From: Cellvibrionales bacterium UBA2618
GTDB taxonomy: Bacteria; Pseudomonadota; Gammaproteobacteria; Pseudomonadales; Porticoccaceae
Direction: 5' to 3'
DNA: 49,684 nt
NCBI GenBank assembly: GCA_002339165.1
Contig: DDJS01000042.1
Location: 1 to 49,684, forward strand
Positions 49,384 through 49,684 of this stretch are shown in pieces. The stretch's first letter is position 1. Each line of letters begins with the position of its first letter. The position numbers and the translations under genes are program-made. The notes below the pieces were generated by a model. It was not told where the DNA came from and did no database searches. It saw nothing but the letters and a program-made list of their open reading frames with translations.

Positions 49384-49684
49384 ATGACCGATAAACTGAC
49401 CCACCAGCCGTTGTTGTCGCGTCGCGCGTTTGTCGGAAATGCAATGGCCGGGTTAGCGGGGATGAGTGCCGCTGGGCGAGCGGTGGCTGCCGGACTGAGC
49501 ACTGGAAACAGTGAAATTACTTCTTTGACGGCACTGCAATTATCGAGTGCGATCAAAGCGAAACAGGTTTCTTGCAAGGAGGTGATGAGCCAATACCTAG
49601 GCCAGATCGATCGTTATAATGGAAAATTTAATGCGGCTGTTTCTCTTGCCGATAGTGATCTCTTGCTAGCCCAAGCCAATCGAG
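49384..49684 (+). CDS. Tat-exported amidase-signature enzyme; 3' end runs off the window
   Basis: Not in the ORF track. Manual translation: MTDKLTHQPLLSRRAFVGNAMAGLAGMSAAGRAVAA...EITSLTALQLSSAIKAKQVSCKEVMSQYLGQIDRYNGKFNAAVSL. SRRAFV is a Tat motif and the rest is a typical amidase N-terminus. Confidence 0.82.
   Translation, partial: MTDKLTHQPLLSRRAFVGNAMAGLAGMSAAGRAVAAGLSTGNSEITSLTALQLSSAIKAKQVSCKEVMSQYLGQIDRYNGKFNAAVSLADSDLLLAQANR

Noticed and set aside
49344-49577. Minus-strand 77-aa ORF in the track
   Set aside because: It is antisense to the Tat amidase starting at 49384.
1-49684. CRISPR arrays, tRNA/rRNA, IS or integrase, prophage, defence systems, and the many short overlapping ORFs
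   Set aside because: No repeat-spacer periodicity, RNA-gene signature or recombinase motif was seen. The short ORFs lie within or antisense to well-supported genes.

Overview
This window is a contiguous ~50 kb bacterial catabolic island for aromatic amines, amides and acids. The TonB receptors and paa genes suggest a marine gammaproteobacterium, but this is inference only. From left to right it holds: (1) a truncated paaY; (2) a MarR regulator divergent from a homogentisate operon (hmgA, fahA, MBL-fold protein, FAD monooxygenase, DUF2783, maiA); (3) a phenylacetate cluster (paaZABCDE and paaG, paaI, paaJ, paaK) in which paaH, and probably paaF, survive only as decayed remnants; (4) an amidase remnant and a DUF485/ActP permease; (5) a LysR-linked operon (CoA ligase, Cys-less thiolase-fold protein, DUF35, SDR, Rieske oxygenase alpha/beta); (6) paaX and an MFS pump; (7) an upper-pathway block of two TonB-dependent receptors, a PQQ quinohemoprotein alcohol dehydrogenase, an aldehyde dehydrogenase, a copper amine oxidase, a FeaR-like AraC regulator, an amidohydrolase, an HDAC-like deacetylase, a class-III aminotransferase-fold protein with an APH-type kinase, and a Tat-exported amidase (truncated). 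There are three main hypotheses: a pathway that deacylates N-acyl arylethyl(anol)amines and removes the beta-hydroxyl by kinase plus phospho-lyase chemistry, with its uptake/deacylase operon tied to the PaaX regulon by a second operator; a Rieske/retro-aldolase module possibly acting on indole-3-acetate; and a three-gene hydroxyphenylacetate-to-homogentisate module. All functional calls come from motifs read by eye and family knowledge; no searches were run. No rRNA, tRNA, CRISPR or IS element was recognised.
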